Virus record (IMG/VR): IMGVR_UViG_3300025934_000001
Coordinates: 45,417 to 109,416 of that record
Direction: 5' to 3' (one strand)
Length of the DNA stretch: 64,000 nt
Source: a virus
Lineage: Duplodnaviria > Caudoviricetes
Translations under genes and position numbers: made by a program
Part shown: one piece after another, positions 1-11,200 of the stretch
How positions within the stretch are numbered: the stretch's first letter is position 1
Layout: every line of letters begins with the position of its first letter
The notes under the pieces: generated by a model
Told to the model about the DNA's origin: nothing
The model's input: only the letters and a program-made list of their open reading frames with translations
Database searches by the model: none

Positions 1-1749
1 GGGCGCTGCGAGGGCGCGGGCTACGGGCCGTGGAATGGCGGCAGCGTCGGCGAGCCCGGCAACGGTACTACGCCCGGCACGGGGACCCCGGGTGACGGCA
101 CCGTCCCCGGCCCGGGCCAAGGCGGCCCGGTAGATCCTCTGACCGGCGACTGGTTCGGCCGCAGCGGCGGCCAGTGGACCCAGTTCGTGGGCAGCGGCTT
201 CGGCGGCAGCGGCGCGGGGGCCAATTACGCTACCTGCAGCGGGCGCATCACCGGCTTCGTCGGCGATGGCGGCGGCGGGCAGGAAGGCGCCGGCGGCGGC
301 GAGACCCTGCAACCGCAGTACGCCATTCTGGTGGGGGTCCTGCAGCCGTTCGCCGGCTTCATGACCACCCTGCAGAGCGTGGTGGGCACGTGCCGGGCCT
401 TCATCGGCAGCATCGACGGCTTCGCCGCCAACGTGGATGGCGGCTTCGTCGGGGTGGATGGGCCGCCGCCGTTCGTGCCGCCGACGTCCACCGGCACCCC
501 CACCGACGGCTACGAGCCCGACTACAACGGCGACTGGCCCGGCCGCATCGGCGGGCAGTGGCGCAACTTCGTCTGCATGGCCTTCGAAATGTCGGCGGTG
601 CTCACCGGCGGCTATTTCGAGAACACCCACGGCGGCGAGTATCAACTGATCGGCCAGGGCAACACCCCGGCGGTCGGCAACGATCCGGTGACCGGGCTGC
701 CGGTGGGCTGGGGCTTCTTCGGCCTCCACGGTGGCGGCTGGACCCTCGATGCGTGGGGTGGCGGGATCTTCGAGGAAACCGGCCCGGCGGGCTCCCTGGT
801 AGCGACCGGCACCGCGGCCATCCTCGGGACCTTCGATGAAATCGGGCCGGTCGGCGACCTCGTCATCCAGGGCACCGTCGGCATCGGCGGCGGCTTCCTC
901 GGCGAGCACTTCGGCGGCTGGACGCTGCAGGCCTACGGCGGTGGGTACTTCAATGAAATCGGGCCTGCGGGCACGCTGGGCAGCAGCACCGGCGGCACCG
1001 GCGGCGCGATCGGCAACGCGGGCGCGGCGGGCAGCTTCCTCGCCATCGGCCCCGGCGGCACCCTGGTGGCGAGCGGCGTCGCGCGTGGCGAGTTCGGGGT
1101 CTTCGATGAAGTGGGTCCTGCCCTGCAGGCGCTGTGGGGCGATTTATTCGCCATTGGACCGAGCGGCATTCTTGTGGCAGCGGGCAATCCGCTGCCCGGC
1201 CTGGCCGCGCCGGACGACAGCGAGGGCTACTCGATCACCCTGCTGGAGGACGCCGAGGGCACCACCAGCACCGCCAGCTCGCGCTACACCCAGTACCCGT
1301 TCGAACGCATCGTGCGCTTCGGCAGCGCCTACCTCGGCATCACGCCCTCGGGGATCTTCCAGCTGGGCGGAGAGACCTTCGATGGAGTGCCGATCGTGGC
1401 CCAGGTGGCGCATCCGCCGCATGACTTCCCCGGGGCCATGGGGCGGGCGGCGGTGAGCGAGCGGGCGCAGCTGCTGAAGACCATGCGCTCGATCTTCTTG
1501 ACCGGGCACATCCCGGCCACGGTGGAGGTGAGCGTGGCGGTCGACGACGACCCGGCGACGCTCAATCCGTACACCTACACCCCGGAGGCCACCGATACCG
1601 CGCGTAATCACCGCATCGACGTGGGCAGGGGGCTCGAAGGCCGCTACATTCAGATGAGCCTCACCAACCCTGACGGCAAGGACTTCGTGCTCGAGGAAAC
1701 CAGCGCCGAATTCGACGTCAGCAAGCAGAGGAAGATATGGCGCACGTAG
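1..1749 (+). CDS. Gly-rich virion/tail-associated protein (5' truncated by window)
   Basis: Frame 1 is open from base 1 to the stop at 1749; repeated 'GG.F.E.GP.G.L' units; overlaps the next virion ORF. Confidence 0.65.
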   Translation, partial: GRCEGAGYGPWNGGSVGEPGNGTTPGTGTPGDGTVPGPGQGGPVDPLTGDWFGRSGGQWTQFVGSGFGGSGAGANYATCSGRITGFVGDGGGGQEGAGGGETLQPQYAILVGVLQPFAGFMTTLQSVVGTCRAFIGSIDGFAANVDGGFVGVDGPPPFVPPTSTGTPTDGYEPDYNGDWPGRIGGQWRNFVCMAFEMSAVLTGGYFENTHGGEYQLIGQGNTPAVGNDPVTGLPVGWGFFGLHGGGWTLDAWGGGIFEETGPAGSLVATGTAAILGTFDEIGPVGDLVIQGTVGIGGGFLGEHFGGWTLQAYGGGYFNEIGPAGTLGSSTGGTGGAIGNAGAAGSFLAIGPGGTLVASGVARGEFGVFDEVGPALQALWGDLFAIGPSGILVAAGNPLPGLAAPDDSEGYSITLLEDAEGTTSTASSRYTQYPFERIVRFGSAYLGITPSGIFQLGGETFDGVPIVAQVAHPPHDFPGAMGRAAVSERAQLLKTMRSIFLTGHIPATVEVSVAVDDDPATLNPYTYTPEATDTARNHRIDVGRGLEGRYIQMSLTNPDGKDFVLEETSAEFDVSKQRKIWRT

Positions 1750-3674
1750 ACGACCTGATCACCGACGCGAGGTTCTACGCCTCGCAGGTGCTGTTCGGCG
1801 CCGGCCAGGCCATGGGGCAGGCCATGAACGCCATCACCAGCCTCGGCGCGGTGGGGCTGCCCGACGACCTGCTGGAAGGGCTCAACAGCCTGGTGCCGCC
1901 GCTGCCGCCCAACCCAGTGGCGATCCCTGGCTATGCCGGTAGCCGCTTCGATCCGGCCGATCCGCCCGACGGGCCACCGGAGTTGATCGACCCGGGCGAC
2001 CTGCAGGAGCCTCCCGAGCCGGGCAAGCCGCCCGACGTGCGCCGCTACGTGGCCCCGCCGCAGCCGGCGCAGACGGTGCCCAACCCGAGCCAGATCGGGC
2101 CGCAGCCGAACCTCAACATCGACCAGATCGTGGCCAGCATCCCCATGCCGCCCGAACTGCAGAGCAAGATCGACGCGATCCCGGTGCCGCCGATGAGCGA
2201 CATCAACCTGCCGCCGACGCCCGAGCTCATCTTGCCGGTGTACCAGCCGGGGCCGCCGCCGCGCGATCCGGGGCCGCCGCCGGACAACCTGGACGACCTC
2301 CTGCGGCAGCAGTTCGAGACCATCAGCCCGGTCATGCAGAACGCGCTGCGGGCCCAGTTCGATGCCTGGATCGACTTCTACTACCCGACGCTGCGCGCCG
2401 GGGTGGCGGCGATGGAGGCCAAGCTGGACCAGTTCCTGTTGGGCGGCACCGGCCTCACGCCGATCCAGGAGGACGCGCTCTACAACCGGGCGCTGGACAA
2501 GAACGGGGCGGAGTACACCCGCGCCCGCGCCGGGGCCTACGCCGAGGGGGCCAAGTTGGGCTTCACCCTGCCGCCGCCGCTGGTCTACCAGCAGGCCAAG
2601 GAGATCGACCAGAGCTACCGCGACAACCTGGCGCGCACGGCCAACGAGATCATGGTCAAGAACGCCGAGTTGGAGCAGCAGAACATTCAATTCGCTCTCA
2701 CGCTCCGCAGCAATGCCTCCACTGCGCACATGAGCGCGGCCATCAGCTACTACGGGCATCTGGTGCAGGTCAACGGCCAGGCGCTGCAATACGCGATCGC
2801 GGTGGTGGAGCAGGTGGCGAAGGTCTACGGTCTCGCCATCGAGTACGCCAAGGTGCAGATCCAGCTGGAAGAGTCGCGCATTCACCTGTACGAGGCGCAG
2901 CTGAAGGCCGCCACCATGGTGATCGAGTTCTACAAGGCGCAGATCGAGGGCGAGCTGGCCAAGGTGACGGTGGATAAAGCGCGGGTGGAGCTCTACACCG
3001 CGCAGCTGCACGCGGTGGAGGTGCAGGCCTCCATCTACAACACCGAAATGCAGGGCGCGCGGCTGCGCGGCGACATCGAGAAGCTCAAGGTGGAGTTGTA
3101 CGACGCCAACGTGCGCGCCTATGCGGCGACGGTGTCGGCCTACTCGGCTGGCTGGTCCGGGTACGAGGCGGCGGTGCGCGGGGCAGTGGCCGACGTCAAC
3201 GGCAGCGTGGAGCAGATCCGTGGCTACAGCGCGCAGGCCGAGTATTTCCGCACCATCCTCACCGGCCGCATCAGCGAGATCGAGGCCAAGCAGCGCCAGA
3301 ACGAGGGCAACACCCGCGTCTACGAGGCGCAGATCAACGCCTATAGAGCCCTCAACCAGGCCGAGATCGAGAGCGTGAAGGCCGAGCACGAGGACTATGA
3401 CCTGCAGCTGAAGACCCGGCTGTCGGAGCAGACCGTGCGCGGCGAGTATTACCGCAGCCAGATCTCCTACTTCGACATGGCCGCCAAGGCGATGCTGGAG
3501 ACCGTGCGCATGGCGCTGGAAGACATCCGCGAGGTCAACCGCATGAACCTGGGCAAGGCGCAGGCGATCGCCACCCTGTCGGCGGCCATTGGCCACGACT
3601 ACGCCGCCACCGCGCAGTCGGCGCTCTCCGGGCTCAATACCCTGGCCGGCGAAGTCAAGACCACCACCAGTTGA
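1737..3674 (+). CDS. Virion structural protein (Pro-rich N-terminus, helical coiled-coil C-terminus)
   Basis: 645 aa, GC3-typical codons, SD-like GAGGA upstream, lies in the virion operon. Confidence 0.65.
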   Translation: MAHVDDLITDARFYASQVLFGAGQAMGQAMNAITSLGAVGLPDDLLEGLNSLVPPLPPNPVAIPGYAGSRFDPADPPDGPPELIDPGDLQEPPEPGKPPDVRRYVAPPQPAQTVPNPSQIGPQPNLNIDQIVASIPMPPELQSKIDAIPVPPMSDINLPPTPELILPVYQPGPPPRDPGPPPDNLDDLLRQQFETISPVMQNALRAQFDAWIDFYYPTLRAGVAAMEAKLDQFLLGGTGLTPIQEDALYNRALDKNGAEYTRARAGAYAEGAKLGFTLPPPLVYQQAKEIDQSYRDNLARTANEIMVKNAELEQQNIQFALTLRSNASTAHMSAAISYYGHLVQVNGQALQYAIAVVEQVAKVYGLAIEYAKVQIQLEESRIHLYEAQLKAATMVIEFYKAQIEGELAKVTVDKARVELYTAQLHAVEVQASIYNTEMQGARLRGDIEKLKVELYDANVRAYAATVSAYSAGWSGYEAAVRGAVADVNGSVEQIRGYSAQAEYFRTILTGRISEIEAKQRQNEGNTRVYEAQINAYRALNQAEIESVKAEHEDYDLQLKTRLSEQTVRGEYYRSQISYFDMAAKAMLETVRMALEDIREVNRMNLGKAQAIATLSAAIGHDYAATAQSALSGLNTLAGEVKTTTS

Positions 3675-3684
3675 GAGGCACGCC

Positions 3685-5217
3685 ATGCCCGACGATCCCG
3701 ATCTGCAAACCACGGCCTACATCCCGCGCAGCCAGCAGTTTGGCTCGATGGGCGATCCCGGGTACTTCACCGGCAACGCCCCGCCGGTGCCGCCGCCAGC
3801 GCCGTATGCCAGCGGGCGCTCCCCGGCCGTCAATCCGGGCTTCTCGGCGCCGCCGATCTACCCGCAGGCAGGGGCCGCACCGCCGATCACCGCCAACGTG
3901 TCGGAAGCGCCGCGCCCGGCACCCATGGCCGCGCCACCGATCACGCAGCGGGCCGCCATGGCCGCTGCTGTCCCCTCCGGTCCAGTGGAGGCCGCGGCCA
4001 CCGGCTCCTTCGGCGCGCAGCCGCTGGGGCCGCCGGCACCCGCGCCCGCCTTCGGTGGCGGCAACGAGGGCGGCTTGCCGCTGGCCGCCCGCGGCTACAC
4101 CACGCCGCCCCCAGCCTATGCCGGCGGGGGTGAAGGCGGGATGGGCTACGCCGGGCGCGGTTATGCGGGAACCCAGGAAACAGCGGCCACGGGTGCGCAG
4201 ATGACTGGCCCGCCACGCGGGCCAATCGTGGGCAGCGCGGCGATCGACTTCGGCAACCAGCACGTGATGGGCACGCCGACGGTGCAGGCGCGCAACCAGA
4301 CCTATGCGCAAAGCGATCTCGACCGGCTGGGCAGCGGCGGCAATCCGGAGGCGCTGGCGGCGGTGAAGGCGCAGTACGCGGCCAGCCAGGCGCAGGACCG
4401 GGCCGACCAGCAGCAGGCCTACGAGGCGCGCGGGCGCGGGATGCAGGAGAACATTGCCTTCGGCGAGCAGTACAAGGGCGGCATGAACGCCTTTGACCGT
4501 GCCAATCAGGAGCGGGTAGCGCGCATCAACGCTCGCGGGCGCGAGGTGTTCGGCCCGCAGAGTTCGCGCATGGCCGGCACCAGCGACGCCGAGCGCGCCG
4601 CAGCGGCCGGGCGCGGCGCGGCCAACGAGCCCTCGACCCGCGATTTCTTCAAGGAAGCGGGCCACGCGCAGGACATGGTGACCAGCGCCCGCAAGGCGGT
4701 GGGCGACGAGAAGACAGCCAAGCTCGAGCGCGAGGGGAAGACGGTCGACATCGAGGGCAAGAAGGCCGACATCAAGACCAAGGGGGTGGAGACCGAGACC
4801 AAGCAACAGACGCTGGAGGGGCAGAAGCAGATCGCCGCCCTCCGCGCCAAGATCGACAAGCTGCCGCCGGGCAAGGAGAAGGAGGACGCCATCCGGCAGC
4901 TGTACGCCTACGAGGGCAAAGCGGGAGCGCACCAGGCCAAGTTCATCATGGGCGAGCAGCCGTTCGGCGAGCCGGACAAGATCACCGGGCAGCAAGGGAA
5001 GATCCGGGTCCCGGTCAACAGCGAGACCGGCGAGTATCTGCACCCGCCCGGCGGCGGCACCATTACCGGCCAACCGGCCGCAGCGGGCGCGGCCAAAGGC
5101 CCCTATACCGACGTCGCGGCGGCGCACCTGGACGCCAAGAAGGCGATCGCCGCCGGGATGCCGGTGGACGAAGTCAACAAGCGCCTGATCGCAGGCGGCT
5201 ACCCCGCGGTGCAATAG
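3685..5217 (+). CDS. Putative internal virion/ejection protein
   Basis: GAGAGG then ATG at 3685; low-complexity Ala/Pro/Gly sequence; C-terminal 'AKKAIAAGMPVDEVNKRL' motif; directly precedes the giant gene. Confidence 0.6.
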   Translation: MPDDPDLQTTAYIPRSQQFGSMGDPGYFTGNAPPVPPPAPYASGRSPAVNPGFSAPPIYPQAGAAPPITANVSEAPRPAPMAAPPITQRAAMAAAVPSGPVEAAATGSFGAQPLGPPAPAPAFGGGNEGGLPLAARGYTTPPPAYAGGGEGGMGYAGRGYAGTQETAATGAQMTGPPRGPIVGSAAIDFGNQHVMGTPTVQARNQTYAQSDLDRLGSGGNPEALAAVKAQYAASQAQDRADQQQAYEARGRGMQENIAFGEQYKGGMNAFDRANQERVARINARGREVFGPQSSRMAGTSDAERAAAAGRGAANEPSTRDFFKEAGHAQDMVTSARKAVGDEKTAKLEREGKTVDIEGKKADIKTKGVETETKQQTLEGQKQIAALRAKIDKLPPGKEKEDAIRQLYAYEGKAGAHQAKFIMGEQPFGEPDKITGQQGKIRVPVNSETGEYLHPPGGGTITGQPAAAGAAKGPYTDVAAAHLDAKKAIAAGMPVDEVNKRLIAGGYPAVQ

Positions 5218-5220
5218 GCC

Positions 5221-8200
5221 ATGGCCGGTCTGTTCGACGACGTGCTGGCCCCGGCCGCGCCGGCCTCCAAGCCGGGGCTGTTCGACGACGTCCTCAACCC
5301 CAACGCGCCCACCGCCAAGGGCGGGCTGTTCACCGACGCCAAGCCGCCAGTGCTGGAGCCGGGGGAGGAACCGCCGAAGTTCGACTTCTCGGCTCCAGTG
5401 GGCGAAGAGGGCTTCATCGGCGCCATGAAGGCGGTCCCGGGCAGCGCCGAGCGCGCGGCCAAGATAGCAATCCCGCAAATGGTGGGGCAGACCGAGCAGT
5501 GGTTCGGCAGCGGTATGGGGCTGCCCGCGCTGGAGCAGTACGGCAAGGACGTGCAGGCCCGCGCCGAGGCCCGCGCCGAGACCACCCCGAAGGAAACGCT
5601 GGTCAGCCAGCGGGCGCGCGAGGACAGCTGGACCAACACCCGCGGCTGGGTGGAGCCGGGGATCGAGAACACGGTGCGCTCGTTCGCCCCGACGGTGGCG
5701 GGCGCGGTGATTGGCGGCGTGGCCGGCTTGGTGGTCGGGGGGCCGCCGGGCGCTGCTGCGGGTGCGATAACCGGCGCCAAGTGGGGCGCAGTGGCAGGGG
5801 TGCCGCTGTGGTACGCCAGCCAGGCGCAGGAGACCCACGACAAGGTGAAGAAGGCGCAGCTGACCAAGATCGGCGGGCTGGACGAGAAGCCGCCCGGTAT
5901 GGTCACTCCCGGCAACATCGACCTCACCGACCGCCCGGTGGTGCAGAACGCGGACGGCACCATCAGCACGGTCAAGACCATCGGCGTCAACTTCGGCGGC
6001 CAGGAGACCGTGATTCCGACCGTCAGCGACGACGGCCGCATCCTCTCCAACGCCGAGGCCATCGCCCAGTTCCGCAAGACCGGCAAGCACTTCGGCCAGT
6101 TCGATAGCGTCGCGGCGGCCAACGCCTACGGCCAGGCACTGCACGTGGCGCAGCAGAAGATGTACGACCCCAAGGTGCAGGCCAAGGTGGAGGCCGACGC
6201 CAACGAGGCGGGCCACATCAGCGGCACCATCGAAGGCGCAACCGACTACGTCCTCTCCAAGATCGGGATTGGCGCGTGGACCAAGCCGCTCAAGGCGAAG
6301 CTGGCCGGGGGGGCCAGCGGGGTCGCTGTGAAGTCGCTGTTCGGGGCTCCGGTCAAGCAAGCGGTGAAGACGGTGGGCGGGGTCATCGCCAAGGAGATCC
6401 CGGTCGAACTGGGCCAGCAGGCCGGCGAATCCGCGGTCGAGGGCGCCTACGGGGCCGGGCCGGGGGCGACCTGGAAGGACACCATGAGCGTGTTCGGCCC
6501 GACGGTCGTCATGGGCCTGATCACGGGTGTCCCGGCTGCTGCCCACAACCACTACAGCCGCGGGCAGACGCAGCAGTTACTGGGCAACGGCACTGCTGAC
6601 CCGACCGACCGGAAGGGGGCGGCGCTGACCGTCGGGGCGGCGCTGAAGGAGAACCACCCCGGCGTCGCCGCTGCATTCCTGCTGTACGCCAACGACCAGA
6701 TCGCCGCCAACCAGCCGATCGCGCTGGAGAACGACGCCTTCTACCAGAACTACGCGACGACGCGGCCACCGCCCCCGCCGCCTCCTGCTGGCGGCACCGC
6801 GGCACCACCGCCTACGGGGCCGCCCCCGCCGCCTCCAGCCGGGGGTACGCCGGGCGCCACCCCTCCGCCGAACCAGCCGCCGCCAACGGGGAACCCACCC
6901 ACCCCGGGCGGCCAACCTACCCCACCCCCGACCGGAACCCAACCACCCCCCCCGACGGGGCCGGGACCCGGCACGCCTCCCCCAACGACCCCCACCGCGC
7001 CGCCCAACGCGCCGGCATCGTCGGCCGCCACCCTGCTGCAGCACGCCGCCACCCGCTGGGACGAACTCTCGCGCAAGGCCAACGGCACCCCCGACCAGAC
7101 CATCGTGGGGCCGGACGGCAAGGCGCGGGTGGTGCCCGGGCAGCAGCCGGAATACCTCACCCGCGAAGAGCTCACCGAATACCAGTTTCTGCGCTCCCAC
7201 CGCGACAACCCGGAGCAACTGGCCTCGCGCCTCGGGGTGCGCCTGCTCACGCCCGCGGAAGAGCACGCCCAGGCGCGGGTCGAGACCCAGCAGCGCACTG
7301 GAATAGACCCGGGTACGGGGGTCGTCGGCGCGGCAGCGGCGGCAGCGGTCGACAGCGGGGTCGCCGCCAATCCACTCACCGGAGGCGTCAATGCCCTACA
7401 AGAGCCGAGCGCAACAGGGGTACTTCCACACCCACCAGAAGGAACTGGAGCGCCAGGGGGTGAAGGTGGCGGAGTGGGACCAGGCCAGCAAGGGGCTGAA
7501 GTTGCCGGCCAAGGTGCGCCCGAAGCCCAAGGCCCGCAGCTGACCACGCCGGCCTACGCGACGGAGGCCGCAGCCCAGGCGAAGGCGCAATACCTGACCA
7601 CGCAGTCCGGGGTGCCGCATGAGGTGGTCGAGCATCCGGAGTCCCCCGGCGCCTTCGCGGTGCAGGAGAAGGAAGCGGAAGGAGAGCCCAGTGGTACGGA
7701 TCAAGCAGACACGGGAAGAGGCGAAGGTGAGCCGGCAGATCAAGGCCATGCAGAAACAACGGGAGAGGCAGCGCCAGCCGCAGCCCCTGCCGAAGGCGCG
7801 CCCGCCGCGGGGACGGTAACAGAAGAACCGGCGGCGGTGAGGCCGGAAACCACTGAACACCTCACCCCCGAGGATCTGCAGCCGCTGGTCGACAAGCTGA
7901 ATGAAGTCGTGGCCGCCGACCAGGCGGTGAAGGCCGCGAAGAGCGCCAAGGCGCAGAAGGAACACAAGCCGGCCATCAACACCAACGAGCAGTTGCTGCT
8001 GGCGGGGGCGCAGCGCGATCTGCGCGAGGGCAAGCCGGGGGCGCTCGACGAACTGCGCAAGATGGTGGGGATGCACCACGAGCCGGGCGACTGGATCGGC
8101 GGCACGGTGCGCAAGCAGCTGCGGGATCTGCTGATGCGGAAGGCCCCGCCGCACTGGAACTACGAGACCCTGGGCGCGATCGCGGAGGATGCCAAGAAGC

Positions 8201-11200
8201 ACAAGCGTGGCGCCACCATCCGCGAGACCCTGGACGAAGCCCGCGACATGATGGACGCGGGCGATCCCGCCGCCTACAACGCGCTCAAGAGCGCCGCCTT
8301 CCAGGCTGGCTACAACAGCGACCTCGGCAACCGCATCCTGGGGCTGATCAAGGAAGCCCACAGCCCGGAAGCGGCGGCGGAGGTGGCGGAAGCCAAGGCG
8401 GCGACGGAGCCGGTGCCCCACCTTCGTGAGAAGGAAGCGGAAGAGGAAGTCATCCCCGTCACCGAGGCGCAGGCCGAGGCCTGGCGGGAGCACTACGCCG
8501 GGATGAAATTGAGCGAGGCGAAGCCGGGCAAGCTGCCGACCATCACGCCGGTCACCCACGCCGGCAGCCAGTGGGTGGTGACCGGAGTGCAAGGCGGGAG
8601 CACGCATCCGTGGCAGCTGAAAGTGCAGGAACTGGTGCCCGACGGCTTGGGGCCCGAGTGGAAGAAGGGCCAGCCGCCGGGCTCGTTCTACGACGGCCGG
8701 CGGGTGCAGGTGCGGGGCGGCAAGACGTTTCAGATGGGCGTGCGGAAGGCGATCTTCGAAGCGCCGAGCACCCCCGAGCAGGAGAAGAAGCGGGCCGAAC
8801 TGAAGGCCCGGCGCGAAGCGGATGAGAAGGCCGAGGCGGAGCGGATCGCCGCCTATCCGCGCGACGTCGAGGGCCGCTCGCCCAACCAGGCCGGCGTGTA
8901 CCAGCCGACCGAAACGCTCGAGCTGCCGGTCACCAAGAAGAACTGGCGCGGCGTCGCGCTGGCGGAGATCAACCTGGTCGAACTGCGCGACGGCACTTGG
9001 CGCATGGGCCTGTCCTCCAACTTCAACCACGGCAGCATGACCGGCACCGGCTTCGCTCCGAGCGCCGATGGGCACAGCTTCGCCACCCGGGCGGAAGCGC
9101 TGGACGCCGCGATCGCGCGTCTACGCCGCCATGCCGAGTCGTTTGCCGCGGGCCGGGAGAACAAGGGGATGCCGGCGCAGGCCGAGGCCAACAAGGTGCT
9201 GAACTGGCTGGACGGCCTGCAGGTGCCGGGGCGGGCGAAGGCGGAGCCGACCGGCGACGCCGAGGCCGAGCGCATCGCGGGCTTGAAGACCGAGGCAGGG
9301 CAGAAGGCGATCGCGCGCTCCCGCGACAGCTTGCGCGAGAGCTTCGATCGGGCCATCGCCGCCTGGAAGCCGCGCGAGAGCTTGGGGGTCTACATCCGCG
9401 ATGACCCCAAGAAGCGCGGCTGGCTGGGGATCTTCGTCAGCGAAGGCCACGGTCCCGAGAAGATGCTCATCAGCGTCGAGCTGACCCCCGGCAGCAACGT
9501 CGCCGTCGGGCCGTGGGATCTCGGGCAGATCAGCAAGGTCTTCCACGCCTGGCTGCAGAAGCAGCCCAAGGCCGAGCGGCGCATTCCCACCCATGCCGAG
9601 CAGCAGGATCGCTCGCGCGACGAGGCCAAGCGGGCGCTGGAAGGGGCGCTCAAGAAGGCGGAAGAGGCCGGCGAGCTGTGGGAGTTGAGGGCCGGGCTGG
9701 TCGGGCTGCAGGCGCGGCTGAACAGTGGCTCTAGCAGCGCACCGCCGTACTACGCCAAGGCCGTGGCGGAGCGGATCGACAAGCTGATCGCGGCGGCGCA
9801 GAAGGATCCCGAGCGGACCTTCGATTTCTGGCTGTCGAAGGGCCTGACCCCGCGCCAGAAGCGCGACGCCGAGAAGCGCGCGGTGGCCGAGCAGAAGGCC
9901 GCCGAGCGGGCGGCGACGCTGGAGCAGCGCATCCGCAAGGCCAAGGACGACATCGCCCGCATCGAGCAGCGGGCCAGCGCCGAAGCAATGGAGAACTGGC
10001 GCGCGGCCACGCCCAACATCCGCCATACCTTCCCCACCAGCATGACGGTGGAGTCCAAGGCGGCGAAGGCGCAGTTCGAGGCCGAGGCGCTGGCCAAGCG
10101 GCAGCCCACCATCGACCAGCTGCGCAACAAGATCGAGGCGTGGGAGGTGCAGCTGGGCCTCCGCGCGGCGCCCGTGCGCGAGCCGGAAGGGCCGCAGTAC
10201 GACTTCCAGCAGACCTTCCCCGAGCCCGACGTCGAGGAAATGAATCGCGCCGGGCGCGAGGCACCGTATGCGGCGGGCGACCAGGTGGCCGCTGCTGCCT
10301 GGCACGCCGATGTGGCGGAGGAACTGCGGCGGCTGGTGAAGGCGGAGGAAGCCGACGAAACGGCCTTGCGCGGCAGCCTGCCGCCGGACAAGCGGACCAA
10401 GGTGCAGGCAGCGCTGCGCGAAACGCGCGAACTCTACAACGCCAAGATGGGCGAGTACCGCGATCTGTTCGGCGATGCGGCGCACCTGCAATTCGAGTCG
10501 CACGTGCATGGTCTGGAAGAGCCCGCCGCCAAGAAGCCGGTGACGCCGCAGGTGGAAGCGCCGCCCGGCTCCGCCCCGCTGGGGATGAAGACGCCGGAAG
10601 CGCCAGCGCCCACACCGGCGCAGCCGCAGTTCGCCAAGAACACCGTCTTCACGCAGGACGCGGTAGCGGCTGCACGCGAGCGGTCGCGCAAGAAGCTGGG
10701 CACGCTGCGCACCGGCTTCGATCCGGAGCTGTTCCAGGACTTGGTGACTATCGCCGGGGCCTACATCGAGTCCGGCGTGCGCGAGTTCGCCGCGTTCAGC
10801 AAGGCCATGATCGAAGACCTGGGCGAAGGCGTGCGGCCCTATTTGCGCACGGTTTACGATGGGTTACGCTCGTGGCCTGGGCTCGAAACCGTCGGGATGA
10901 CCCCGGCGGCCGACATCGACGCGGAGGCCGCACGTGCACACATTCAGCCAGCAGGCCCTGGTGAACCTGGGGCGGGAGCACTGGAGAGAATTCCAGCCGA
11001 AGCGTTACAAGGCACTCCAGCAGGCGGGGAAGCTGGAGCAGGAACTGCAGGCCGCGGCCAATCTGACGTTGAGCGAAATGGAGAGCAGCCGACAACTGGG
11101 GTACACGCAGGAGGAAGCGTGGGAGTTGTCCATGCAGAACCACCTGCTGGTGCCACCGGAGAAGGGCAGCCCGCAGGAGCCGCTGCCGGACAACCCGGCG

